64,000 bases of DNA, taken from assembly GCA_020536535.1 (NCBI GenBank), contig JAHLWZ010000351.1, forward strand, positions 1 through 64,000, in the 5' to 3' direction. This stretch comes from Pelomyxa schiedti. Taxonomy: Eukaryota > Protista > Evosea. Numbering within the stretch: the first letter of the stretch is position 1; each line of letters begins with the position of its first letter. This document shows positions 25,166 to 38,900 of the stretch, one piece after another. Made by a program: the position numbers and the translations under genes. The notes under the pieces are model-generated. The model saw only the letters and a list, made by a program, of their open reading frames with translations, did not search any database and was not told the origin of the DNA.

Positions 25166-28100
25166 ATGGCAAAGGGTAGGGGCACAAAGTTATACTATTC
25201 AACGTAGTGGTTAACATTAGTAAAACAAGAAGCGTTTCGACTTGTATTTGTGGTTCTGTGTGCAACATGCACTGTTGGCCTTCTGCCGTCTATATTCCTT
25301 GAGGCTGAGTATTGGACGTCGGCAGGTTCGTGGTCAAGAACTACTTCCACATCGGAGTGGGACTCTTGCGGCCAGTATATCTACACAACGACAAACGGCG
25401 GAACGGCGGTGACATACACTTTTTCCGTTTCACAGTAAGTGGGAGAATTTTCTGTTATGACACGTTGGTAAGCTTCACACCTCTCAAGAGCTGGAACATA
25501 CAATTTGTGGATACTTTCGAGAATTCCAAACAATCCGAAGGGTGCCTCACTCTGGGTTCAGTTTGATTCGGTGAGTAAATGAGTCCTTTCCTCCAGTTTT
25601 TGACTGTTCTCTTTTCAAGCAACCCAAAGTTGACTGGGACTTGTATATTTTTGGGAACTCTTGGAGGCAAGTCACAAATGTAACTCTATCGACTGGGAGC
25701 CATACTCTTGCCATCACAATGAGGTAAATGGGTTACAAAGAATACCATTCTTAACTTGGTTCAGAAAGTACTCTGCTCAGCTTCAAATGGATAAGATTCT
25801 GATCACGGATATGTCCACTCCCAAGATGGGTTACTCAAACAAAGGAAAGACAGCAGCTAATATTCCCTCTGGCTCTTATTGTATTGTCCCCTCATTTCTT
25901 CATCCCAAGCCCTAATATGTATTTCAGGTCAGCAAGTATATTTAGAAGTATGTCGACTCGAAATTGTTGCCCCCTATTATCTATCTGAACAACCACACAG
26001 GCGGAATTTGGGACAAACCCCGGATCACCTGTCACATTAGCAGGGCTTTCAACTGCCTCCATGTCCGGGGCACTGTACAAAAACGCAGCAACAACCACCA
26101 CTTGCAGCACTTCGTCCAATTACGTACAGGTAATTTTTGCTCCACTTGTGACATCACTAACGAATATTTAGTTCACAGTGACTTGGGGTGAGTCTGTGTA
26201 CAGGCCTGTTTGGTTCAGGGTCATGGCCCCTACGTCGTCGTACAATCAGTTCACAATTTATGTGTGTAGGCAACACCATTTTGCAAGTCTACACTGAGTC
26301 TCACCACAGAGCACAAATTGCGGAACGAATTATGGCACTCTGACTGTCTCCAAACCTTCACAAGAGTTTCAATGGGTCAACGTGCGTCCCCTCCTCTCCC
26401 AATTTCTGTATTGACGACGTGCAATGACTTTCTCGTCCAGTTTGGATCCCTTATCAACCTGCCCAACTCGTTCCTGGTGACGTTCGTCACAGGGTACACC
26501 TACCTCGACAAAATCTACATCGGTTGGGGAATTCCGCTCACCAACGGCTCCATCGCCAACCTCCCATCATCAAGTATGGATATTCCTCGAAAGACCATCA
26601 CACAACGCAACTTTTTTTTGACGAAACGACAGGTTCTTCTTGTAGCACGTACAATGGACTGTGCTCTCCCGTAACCACATGCAGCGCAGGGCCAACGTGC
26701 TCTGCTTGTCCCGTGGGCTATCAAGGCTGTGGCAACATCAACACCTGCAATCCGCCTTATGGGTGCGTCCGCACGGTGCCGTTCGGCTGCTACTTTGACA
26801 GAAGCGTGTCACAATTTGGCTATACCGACGTTGCTTCGTTCCCGACTGGCGCGAGCACGGTTGAATTATGGGCGTCGGCTGCGCCCTTCCTGGCGACTGG
26901 GGATTCATCTGTTATCTACTATCAGAGCTCCAGTGGGTCTTGGGTGTACCAAATTCGATACAATCCAAGTCTGGGTCTATATTTGTGTGTTATTTATTTC
27001 CCCATTCCAAGATCCATTTCCCTTTGGTTTTTTCAGTTTTTACTGTTTTACTGAGATTTTTTGCTTGGTTGTGTTACTGTTGTTGATGAATTCAAGGTAC
27101 AATGGTGGAACTGCAATTAAGCCATCAACTCCAATCATTCTTCCTTTGGATATCTGGACACATATTGCCGTGCGTTGCTCCATCTCACCATTGTATTGCG
27201 CCTGATGTGCGTTTTTTGGGCAGATAACCTATGACCTCTCCACAGCAAAGTTTTATGCGAATGGAGCTTTGGTCGCCACTGTTAGCACAAGTTCTGGTGC
27301 TCCGTCCTCTCCTGGTGTGATATCCTTGGGGAAGCCAGTTGGTGTGCCTTCATTCGTGTTTCCTCGAAAAACTTGATTTCTTACCTATACATCAAGCCAC
27401 ATGGTCAACAGACTTGACTCTACCTGCTTTTGGAATTGATGAACTGCGTATCTGGTCTGCAGTGCTCCCTCAAGCAACAATCCAACAAAATATGAATCAT
27501 ACACTCACAACAAGTCAGCCTAATCTAATGCGTATGTGATTACTCCTCCCAAGCTACATATAGAACTCTAACCCAACAAACAATAAAAAAAAAGATGTTT
27601 GGAGTTTTGGTGCCGATAATAGTAACCCTTGTCAACCAATAACCACTGAAACTTTTGGAACTGCAGCAATTACAACTTCACTCACAGAGTGTATGCAAGT
27701 TGAAGTTTACCTTTTTTTGATCTGAAAACAGGGTATTCTCTGCGAAATCTCTATATATCCACTGGCGGGCCAAATTGGAACATGCAAACCAGTTGGTTAA
27801 TTGGCCAACCATGCAGCGGGGCAAATCCTGTATGGTTTGGAATTGACTGCGATACATCAGGGAGTGGCCGCATTTCGACAATGTAAGTAGTATCTGTGGA
27901 ACAAGCGGGAATCTATGAATCTACCCACAATCCCAATAGAAACCTCGCCTACAACAATTTGGTTGGATCCTTACCTGCCAGCTTCTTTGCACCTTTTTCC
28001 AAGCTTTCTATTTTGTATAAAATATCATACCTCTCCCTTCATCTAATTAACTTTAAAACAGAATGCTGGATGATAATTCATTGACTGGACCCATCCCAAT

Positions 28101-31100
28101 GGATATTGGCTTTCTCACAAGTGCTGTTACAATGTACGTACGGGGTTCAGTTCCAAACTTTTCTGATGACATTTGTAGATTAATGCACAGCAACCAATTT
28201 ACCTCGATCCCAACGCAGATTTCACAAATGACATCTTTGCAAAAATTGTACTTTCTTCTGTCTTTTCTATCTTTTCTCATTACTCACTGTTTTAGGTACT
28301 TGCAATACAATCAGCTGTCGGGAACTATTCCAGATGTCTTTTCGACAATGACAGCACTGGTTTTTCTGTATATGTACAACAATTCTTTGACAGGAACAAT
28401 TCCAACTTCATTGAGCACCATCACATCCCTGAAATACCTGTAAGTTTTTGTTTTTTACATCCCCCTGGTTTTGCTAAAGCAACAATCACAGAGATTTGAG
28501 CTACAACCATCTTTCTGGTCAATTTCCACAGGCAATTATCAATAGCCAAATATCTTCCATGTAAATACTATGCCTTCATTTCACTTCGCAATAATCAAAT
28601 ATCCATAAGAAATGTTGCAGGAAACTACTTTTCTGGTCAGTTGCCCAACAGAGCCACAACTGTCAATTCCCAAATGATTTTAATGTACAGTTTCCACTTG
28701 GCTGTTATGTATATTAACAATGGATACCACCACAGGAACTTCACAGACAATGTGTTTACTTGTGAAGTGCCACCCTTCTTCACATTGTCTTCCACAACAT
28801 TCCCTGTCGATGTTCACGGCAGTCTCTTCTTTTGTCCCATAACCAATGTTGTGCAGACCATTCAAGGGATTGCTTGCCGTATGTTCTCCCATGATGATCT
28901 TTTCGTTCTGAGCATAACTTTCAGAACCTGTTACAATGATATCTATTACACCCAACAGTTGGGACTTGTCAGTTGGTTTTGGATCCAAGCCCACTGCCAC
29001 AATCAATGCAACAGGCCTGAACGGGTGCACAGGAATACAAATATTTGTCCCTGGTGTTGGGCTAGTTGCACCAAAAAGTCAAACAACAAACACGCTGGTG
29101 TTTTCAATTCCCTCTCACACTTATGGGATTGTTCCCATCCGGCTCGTGTGGACCGGCACCTACGGCAACAACTCTGTGGTGTCAGCCAACTCACTCAACT
29201 TCAAGTACTATTATCCTTGCCCAGCCTCGTGTGTGTCTCCATATGGGTCCTGTGCTGGACTGAGCGGCCTTTGTGTTTGTAATGGAACACATGGAGGTTA
29301 TACTTTGCCAACAGTGACGTAACACTCACAGAACATAGGGTCTGACTGCCATGGTTGGTCATGCCCCGCAAACTGCAACGGGCGAGGGACATGCAACACA
29401 ACAACTGGAGTTTGTATTTGCACCCCGCCTTATTTTGGCACCTCGTGCAGTGCAGCTCAAATTGCCTGCCCAAACAACTGTTCCAAGTAAATTTCCGTCC
29501 AAAACAGTATCTTTAGAGTTGTAATACTTCCCCTTGAAGGCACGGGCAGTGCAATATTTTCACAGGGGTATGCTCTTGTTATCTTGGTTACTGGGGAAAC
29601 AACTGTGCGAACAAAACATGTCCCCCAAACAACCTTCCCTACTGCACTCCACCACACGGCTGGTGCAATGGCACTTCTGGGAAATGTGTTTGCGCATCTG
29701 GTTGGCTTGGAGCTTCTTGCTCAACACCTGCGAAATCATGCCCTGCCAACTGCACCAATCCAAACTATGGACAGTGCAACCCATCCACTGGTATGCTTCA
29801 AATTAGAAATTAGTTTGTCTCTTTACTTATCAATTCAAAACAAATCAAACAGGGGAATGCACGTGCTTCACATATCAAGGGCTTATCCACGGTGGGCTCA
29901 ACTGTAGTCAAATCATTTGCTCTCCTTCCTGCTTGAATGGTGGCACATGCAACACATCTTCCAGCAAGTGCATTTGCAAACCTAACTACTATGGGACTGA
30001 TTGCTCCGTGCCCAACTTTCCTTGTCCAAAGAATTGCACCAGTTCCAGCAGTGGCGAGTGTAATTCTCAAACAGGCAATTGCTCTTGCCGCTCAGGCCTG
30101 ACGGTAATCACATACAAAGTATTCCCGTCCCTTCAAATTAACTCACCTCGTTCACAGGGCTCAGATTGCTCCATTCACATTTGTCCTGGCACTCCTCAGT
30201 GCAACTCCCCAAATGGAACCTGCAACACAACTGATGGAACGTGCATATGTAGCAGCTTTCCAAGCAAAGGATACTACTTCAATGGGTATATGTGTCAGTA
30301 CAAATACTATTACTGCCCGGGCAGCCCTGAATGCAGCGGTAGCACTCATGGCAGTTGCAATCCTCAAACTGGAAACTGCATGTGTAACTACCCTTGGACT
30401 GCTTCTCTAAATTGTTCGAGTGCTGTCTGTCCCAATAGCTGCTGGGGGCACGGTTCGACTTCAAAAATCCCTTTCTGTATGTCTTGAGCGGTTTACAGTT
30501 TGCAGGTACATGCAATTCTGCCAACGGAAAGTGCATCTGTTGGGAACAGTACAACACCACAGTTGACTGCGAGTTGCTCTACAGTGTGTATTGAACTTTT
30601 TCGTCCCAATAATTCTCACCTCCCTTCACTGCACTTCACTTCACTTTACGATGGTCCAGTTCCATGTTCCCAACCGTGCAACCATGGTTACTGTAATACA
30701 CAGACTGGAATCTGTGTTTGCACATCACCATGGACCAGCACAACATTGGAGCAGTGCAACACTCTGTCTTGTCCTGGAGACTGTAATGGAGGAGTTACTG
30801 GGACTTGCGTGAATGGCACCTGCATCTGTCATACAGGCATTCCAAACCCTGATGTAATCACATTTCCATTCTTAACCTCGAAACAGGATGGACTGGTACT
30901 CAGTGCACCATTCAGAACTTGACATGTGCTGGAGATTGCAGTCCCCCTTATGGACGGTTTGTTGCTCCCTGCACCAGCACCTCCGAGTGCGTCGTTGACT
31001 TATACTCAGGTGTGACACAACAACAGGACTCTGTGGGTGTTACGGTTCTAGCTATGGTTCCAATTGCCAATACAGTATGACACTCACGTCCCATTTATAT

Positions 31101-34100
31101 GAAGCTTCTCACGGAATTGCTAGAATACTGTCTCAGTAACTGTAGTACCCATGGCACCTGTAATATTACGACTGGTGTGTGCAATTGCTCTTCTGGGTGG
31201 CAACCACCGGATTGTTTTGCAAACTTGTGCTCTGATCTGAATTTCTGCACCTCAAGCTACAACGGAAATTGCAACACTACGAGCGGTGTTTGTGTGTGCA
31301 ACAGTGAGTTCTATGGCTTGGAGTGTCAGTACAAGTCGTGTCCTGCAAACTGCTCATTCCATGGCGTGTGCAATAATGCAACGTTTGTTTCGACGTTAAA
31401 GTGGTTGGGTTGTAACACTCACTCAAACATTAGGGGATTGTGCTCCTGCTATTCAGACTACCTTGGCGCCGTATTATTATCCCCTCTTGAGTTCTTCCAT
31501 TTTCTCAGTTTATTCAGATATGTGACGAGTTCTCTGCTGTTTGCCCACCATCTCGTTCTAACGGGTGTTTTGGAAACGGTGTGTGCAACCACACAACAGG
31601 GATGTGCACGTGCTATCCTGGTTTCTTTGGTGCTGAATGCAATTACAGTGTGCAAAAGTTTTAATAAAAACCTCCTCAGTAACCTCGGCACAGCATACTG
31701 CCCAAACAACTGCTCTGGCCACGGAGCGTGCAACTACACAAGTGGTGTTTGCTCTTGTGCTCAGAATTACTCGGATCCCAGCAATCCAGCTTGCAGTGCT
31801 GTTTACTATGCCTGCCCGTATGTTCTTTCATGGCGGCTGGGGGTTGAATTAATCTTCGGGCAGGGATAACCTTTGCTCGGGGAATGGTTATTGCAAGCAC
31901 TCCACTGGTCAGTGCGAATGCTACTCCGGTTTCCACGGGAACGTATGTCAGTACAAGAAGTGCCCTGCAAACTGTTTGGAGCATGGATCGTGTAACGCGG
32001 TATGCCAACCATGAAATCATCTCTGCTGTTCTGTTCTGATTTTGGGGGCAGACAACCGGGGAATGTGTGTGCCAGCCACATTGGCTTGGAGTTTCTTGCT
32101 TGGAAGCCAACTGTAAGTTATCTCGTTCTGAGACTTCTTGTTTATCAACTCTTCCGGCAGATTCGTGCCCCGGCAATTGCTTTGGGACTCATGGATATTG
32201 TGATAAACTGACTGGTCAATGCACATGTTACCAACCCTTTTTGGCTCCTAACTGCCAGTATGGTACGTTCCCACAACCGTGCAATGTATTATTCTAAAGA
32301 AAACGATGAAAGCAACCTGCCTTTTCAACTGTTCCTATCCACATGGTGTCTGCAACAAGTGAGTCGTCCATGATGGATTTTTTATTTCCTTCCATAAGAA
32401 TCCTTATGAATTACTCTTATAGTTTGACTGGCGTGTGTGCATGCAACAGTTCATTTGCTGGAAAGGGTTGCCAGATCGCTAACTTCACGTGCCACCCAAG
32501 TTGCATCAATGGAAATTGCTATTCACTGTATGAGTTTTTGCCAATCAACCCAGAAAGCACCAACAAAATCCCTTCTTTTATTAGGACTGGACAATGCATA
32601 TGCAATGCAATGTATTATGGTCAGGCATGCCAGTACAAGCAATGCCCTGGGAAAACTCCTTGTTCTGGAAACGGTGTATGCAACAACACCACTGGTGTTT
32701 GTGACTGCTCCACCAACTTCACAGGAGTTTCATGTGACATCCCAAACTGTATGCGCCAATAACACAAGACCCATTGCCGCCTCTCAAATTCGTTTGCACA
32801 TAGACAAGTGCCCCAATAACTGCAGTGGTACACATGGACACTGTGACCCGAACAAAGGTCAATGCATCTGTTATTCTCCCTGGACTCTTCCAGACTGTCT
32901 TGAAGGTAAGAACTGGAGAAATATATAACTATCATCCACTCATTCGTTCTGGTTTAGGAAGTTGTCAGTTAAACTGTTCTTACCCGCACGGCGTTTGCAA
33001 CACGTTTGTTTTCCTCGCTTACGTTACTTATTATGTGGTTACACCTTCATTTGTATATTTAAACAGTTCGACGGCTGTTTGCACTTGTGCTCAGAATTAT
33101 ATTGGCAAAAGCTGTCAGATTGCCAACTTCACTTGCCACCCAGCGTGTCTGAATGGGACATGCAATACTCTGTGTGTAAAATACGCTGTTGTTCGTGGTT
33201 TTCATTGACCCCTTTGTGGCATAGGGTCGGAAAGTGCATATGCAATGGCGGGTATTGGGGAGATATTTGCCAATATAAAACCTGTCCCACAAATTGCCAG
33301 ATTCATGGAGTCTGCAACAACGTATTAAATACATTTTATGAGCATTTCTTCCTGCCAACTTGATACTCCAGTTCACTGGAATATGCCATTGCAGCCAGAA
33401 TTGGACTGGTGCTAATTGCATGGAGGCAAACTGTATGTGATATCTCGAAAATCAATGAGGCAACGCTCAAATGATGTCCATCTCTTCAGATTCTTGCCCG
33501 AAGAACTGCTATGGGTCCCGTGGGCATTGTGACGCGACATCTGGCAAATGTTCTTGCTATTCTCCATGGACTCTTCCCGCATGTGAATTTGGTACTTTTT
33601 CCTTTCCTTCCATCCATTCATTTCAACTCACGAGTGCCCACACATACATAAGCTACCTGCACACTCAATTGCTCATATCCAAATGGGGTCTGTAACATGT
33701 ATGCATTTATTATGATTTCGAGTATCTCCTTCTCTTACGCACAAACTCTTAAAGACACACTGGAGTTTGCAAGTGTGAACCAGATTGGACAGGAAAAGGC
33801 TGTCAGATACTGAATCTGACATGCTCCCCTCCGTGTATAAATGGTGCTTGTGATTCAGGGTATGGATGGAATCTTTTTGCGTGACCAATTTTCTCTGACT
33901 TCATGCAGAACTGGAAAGTGTGTATGTCAAGCCGGGTACTTTGGGGACACCTGCTTGTACAAACAAGTGTGTTCGAGTTTTTTTTTACTGTTGGAATCTC
34001 CAACTCAACAGCTCACAGTGCGGAGGTAAAACCCCATGTTCCAGCCATGGTATATGCAATAATCTCACTGGAACTTGTTCGTGTGATCCCCACTACGACG

Positions 34101-35106
34101 GGAACTACTGTGAAATTCCTGATTGTTTGTCAACGATTATCATCTCTCCATTGTCAGTTAATTTCTTTCAGTTCCTTGTCCTAATAACTGCACGAGTGCT
34201 TCCCGTGGATCCTGCAATACTCAAACAGTTAGTATAAACTGTGATTATCCCAACATAACACACTTAACAGGGACAGTGCCTATGCCGCTATCCCTACTAC
34301 GGAACAAACTGTTCGCTGAGTAAGGCTTCATTTCCTTTCCTTTTCCTGGCCGTTCCTAAAACTTTTCCAGTGAAATGTCCCAACAACTGCAGAGGGCATG
34401 GAATCTGCAATTCTACAAACGGTGTTTGTATCTGCAACTCTCCGTACCTGCCCCCGGATTGCTATTTCAGTTTGTATCCCGTTCTCCACCTTCCATTTTC
34501 CCATAACCACACACATTAAAATCAACCAGTGTCTTGCCCGCTTAATTGTTCTGGTCATGGAACCTGCAATCCATTCACCGGCAAATGCACGTGCAAACCC
34601 TCTACCGAGTGGACAGGGCTCAACTGTTCCATCAGTAACAAACTCCCCTCCTTTTCTCTCCCCTTATCTTAATGCATCTTGCATCTTCTATGACATTCAT
34701 CATTACCATCCACACCCAACCCAACTGAGCACACTTTCGCACGCCAACACAACTTTCCCGCAGTCTGTTATCTACTATCTGATATCTACTAATATCCTCA
34801 CCCACTCATTCACTCACAGGAGAGTGCCCCAACAGCTGCAGCAACGCAGGGAAGTGCAACCAAGCGACGGGCAAATGCAATTGCCACACGGGGGCCAAGG
34901 GCTCCGACTGCTCGGGCGAGAACTGGTGGATCATCGTCGTGTGCGCCGGAGGCGGCACGGCCCTCGTGGTCGGCGGCGCCACGGCCGGCTTCGTGGCGGT
35001 GCGCCAGATGCGGATCAACAACGCGCGGTCCAGGCGCGCCAAGAACTCCGCGAGCTACGTGGACATGGACCCCTTGTCTGCTAGCGGTGGGGCGGGCACT
35101 CATTGA
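25166..35106 (+). CDS. Giant single-pass surface protein: CBM-like, LamG/ConA-like, plant-type LRR, IPT/TIG, more than 25 tenascin-type EGF repeats, TM, short tail
   Basis: A 45-nt intron (25176-25220) gives MAKVKQEAFRLVFVVLCATCTVG. LamG motifs WTHIAV..YANG and IDELRIW. LRRs LAYNNLVGSLP and LQYNQLSGTIP. IPT-like ISITP...FKYY. Repeated CPxNCSxHGxCNxxTGxCxC. TM WWIIVVCAGGGTALVVGGATAGFVAV; stop at 35106. Confidence 0.85.
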
Positions 35107-35961
35107 TCGACATATACAACAAAAAAAACCTTTTTTTTTTTTATTTTTGCCATTGTTTGCTCCTCGGCTCGTAAGAAGAAAAAGCACGTTGGGAGCTTGC
35201 TACAAGCCGCTCTCGGCCTCGTAAAGAAAAACAACACTTTTGCGCTCGAAGAAAGAAAAACCAGGGGATGATAATGAAGTCTTTTTTTTTTAATTTTTTA
35301 TGCACTCCTATTAGATAGTGGAGAAGTTGGGGGGGACCAGCCATGCACCGCCAACACATCACTAAAAGAATTGGAACGCATTATAAAAGGGATCGCGCCA
35401 ACCATTTGTTTGCGATTGGGCCGGCGCCCCGGTTGCCGGTTGGGCGTACACCACGTCCACCGGTCCTAGGATCACGCGGCCCAGCCGTTTGGTGATTGCG
35501 ATTTATTATGTTTCTTTTTTCTTGTTTCTTTTTTCCTTCTTCAGATCTGAGTCACACACTCCCAATTACGTAAAAATTTTCCTTTTTTTCTTTCTCGTCG
35601 TTCTGGGTTTCCAAGAGGTTTTTCCTTTTGTGAGTGTGGACTATGGGCCAGAGTACTGTTTCTGCCTCTCGATTATGGGGTTCCGTCTCTCGTCGCAACA
35701 CTCTGGATGCTCTTGAACATCATCCGCTGTCGCTGATCCCAGAAAGAGGCCGGAGATTGAACTTGTGCTCGATGTGTGCAGTTGGGGCGTACCTCCGAAA
35801 ACAAGTGTCCGACCAACAACAACAAGTTGGTCTTCCAGGGAAGATGGCCCGCGGATGCCCTGGCGCTTGGGAACCCATAGACGTTCATAAATGTTACCAG
35901 AAGTGATGACAAAATTCTGTGGGTGGGTGTTCCACGGAGGAAGAAGGTTAAAAAAAGATTG

Positions 35962-38900
35962 TTAGCTTTGCAGAATTCGTATTATTTTACTGATTGGGGG
36001 TCTCCCTTCAGACTCAAACACCCAACACTCACGCATCACTTCAAGTGCCCAGGGTGGGCATTCCCAGGCTTGGCCAGTGCAGTGCCATTCAGCCGTTTCT
36101 GGTGAATGTAGTAATTCATATGCCTGTTTGGAAAGTAGGTCAGCTCTTGCTTGCCGGATGGATTCTTGTTCATTCCCAGGTGTAGTGGTGCTTGAACCCG
36201 TTGATGCTGATGTTGCCGGCTGCTCAGGAGTTGGTGCTGGTGGTTGTGGTTGCACGTGGCCGGCGGCTATGGCCGATTTTACGGCATCGCGCTTCATTTC
36301 GTAGCGTTCTGTGTGTGCAATGAGCTTGCAGTAGGTTCCGGACCTCCGCAGGTGATCGTAGGGTTCTGTGAACGGGTCTACAATGCCGCGGCAGAGGGTA
36401 CCGAAATTCCACACGTCGGTGCCTAAGTCACTTTGTGGTTGCATTCTACAGGTTTCTGGCGCCCACAGTTGAATTGGTAGGTCGCGCAGGAGGCATTCTT
36501 GCATTCCTGCACTGACTTGGATATCGGCGAGTCCAAAATCCGCAATCTGAGGGCCAGTGAGATAAATGTATGTAAAAGTGGTGGCCAGATTAACCTTGGC
36601 CCATGGTCCGGCTTCTTGGTTGAGTGAACATATAAATACATTTCCTGTGTAAACAGCGTGTTAGGGCACGTTGTCAAGAGAAAAGAGAAGGAAGAAACCA
36701 GGGTGCAAGTCGCTGTGCTTCAAAGGGGGCTTTTGGCTGTGCAGGTGGAAAAGACCTTTGGCTGCATCCAAAAGAATCTTTTTCCTAAGTGACATTGGTA
36801 ACACTACTTCCATCATTTCGCGTTTCATTGACAATATTTCTGAATCGCTGTATGGCAGTGGTGAAGATGGTATTGTGGCTCTCTTTACCATCTCTTCAAT
36901 TTTATGTGAAATCCTTCTGAGAACTTTGCCGTACAAGTGGCTGAGATCTGGTCTGGTGAGTGATGTCACTCCAAGAAACAGATGCAAGCCTTCTGGAATG
37001 GTGGGGCGAACAAACTCCATATACATGGATATTGGAAGGAGGCTGACACCATAAAACCGAACAATGTTTTCGTTCTTCTTAAGACTGCTCATGACTCTAG
37101 CCTCGTGGAGAAATTCGCCAAGATCGGAGCTGTTCCCAGAAGAAATGTGCGGAATCTTGACAGCAATCATTTTACCCTTATACACAGCTCTCATTACTTT
37201 CCCGAAAGAGCCGGAGACGGATGAAATCTCTTTTCTCTTGCCAGAAGATGCGGAAAGAACAGAGTCAGCTGTCAAAGAGAAAGTTGGAGGGAAGGTGGAA
37301 GCTGGTGATTCACTTTGAATGGATACTGGGGAAATTGAGGCAATTGGCGCATCATCCAGGCCACAGGTGATCTTCTCTGAAGTCAGATTTTCTGTCTCTT
37401 TGAAATTCGTGAACAATGTAACCTCTTTTGGGTCTATAATTGGAAGGCTCTCCATGGCAATGTCTGGTGCTGCCGCAGAGACAGTGCCTGTATGCCCAAA
37501 TTTGCAGTGTAAAGAGCCGCTAGAACATATGGCATCAACACACTCCCGTAAACTGAACAGATGTGTGGAATAATCCGTTGGGTTAAAAATGGATTCCATT
37601 ATGGGATTCAGGGATGTTGTTGTTGAGTGTGAATGGTGAAGTAAATTGGTTCCCGTCATCAAGCAGCCGGGGCATGCGACCCATTCAACAGCTGCTTTCT
37701 TCATGGCAGAATTGCACATAGATAAAAAGCAATTGATTACACACACGATTTGAGTGATGAGCGGAACTGAAGAAGATGCTGGGGTCAGAAGAGTAGCAGT
37801 AGATTTCAGCATGTTGTTGGAGGTCTGTGCAGTCGCCACATCCAAGCCTCTTGGCAACTCAGATATCCAAACTTGAACAACAAGACATTTACTTTCCTTG
37901 TCTAGGGTGATAAGAGCCACGTGTTTCGCAGTTCCACACAGCAGACTGGCTGAGAGGTGTGACTTGCTCGCCTTAACTTCTTCGAGTTGCGGAATTCCCA
38001 TTATGCGAATCTGTAACCTAAAGTATGATCAAAAAAAAACCTTAGAATCTCTTTGTTTAGAAACCTTGGAAAGAAGACAACCGGAATGAACTCAAACTTA
38101 TATACTCTGCCTGCGATAGAAACAGGGGTAAAGCTCAGTACCGGAGCGGCAATAGGAGCCGCAGGGAGTCTTAAAGGTATTAAAACCCTCTGATTGTTCA
38201 ATTTGTATGCTACTTCAAAACTGAGAAGCAACTGGAGCAAAGTCTCGTGCATTGATTTATCACCAAACAACTTTTCATTGAATACATTATGAAGATCAGT
38301 CATCTTCAAAACGGCGTTGTCCTCCCAGGATGAAGAATCACAGTTGTTAACCACAGTTTTCACAATTTCCAGTATAAACTCGTGTCGCAGGACGACAATA
38401 TCTGAGAGTGATTGGGTGATCCCTGTATGAATAAGATGACCACTTCTAAAGTGTATAATCATCCCGCTATCGGCAAGGAAGTTGGCACAACTCAGAAGTT
38501 CCATTTCAAAGTTCTCCTTTTCATGCTGTGAGCAGGTAGAGCTTGCGCCACCACTTCCAATTCCATTAGCTGAGGCAATAGAGCTAAATTCACTCCATTG
38601 CAATATGTTGGTGTGACCACGAATTTCTCCAAGACTGTTGTAAAGTGCAACCCACTTTGGCGGAACATGGATGGGCTTGATAATCCCCTCAATGTGTTGC
38701 GCCAACATGTCAATGCACTTAGCGGATGGCTGAACAAGGGGTTGATCAATCAGGCCGCCAGTGCCTTTGGATGTCATGGCAAAAATAGCAGAGAACTTGA
38801 AAGATGGAAATTTTTCAAACATAAGGCGACCGATATTTAGAAGTGCTTCAAAGGCGGATTTCCTGTCCTCTCCATATGATTCCAAGTGCGTGCCCATCAA

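Noticed and set aside
25166-35106. Calling the plus-strand receptor integrin alpha, tenascin or teneurin
   Set aside because: No FG-GAP or GFFKR, FN3/fibrinogen or YD repeats seen; only the EGF repeat type is shared.
35340-35920. GC-rich patch, TATAAAA near 35382 and ORF 35634-35906
   Set aside because: No homology cues in any frame; a small gene or ncRNA cannot be excluded but is unsupported.
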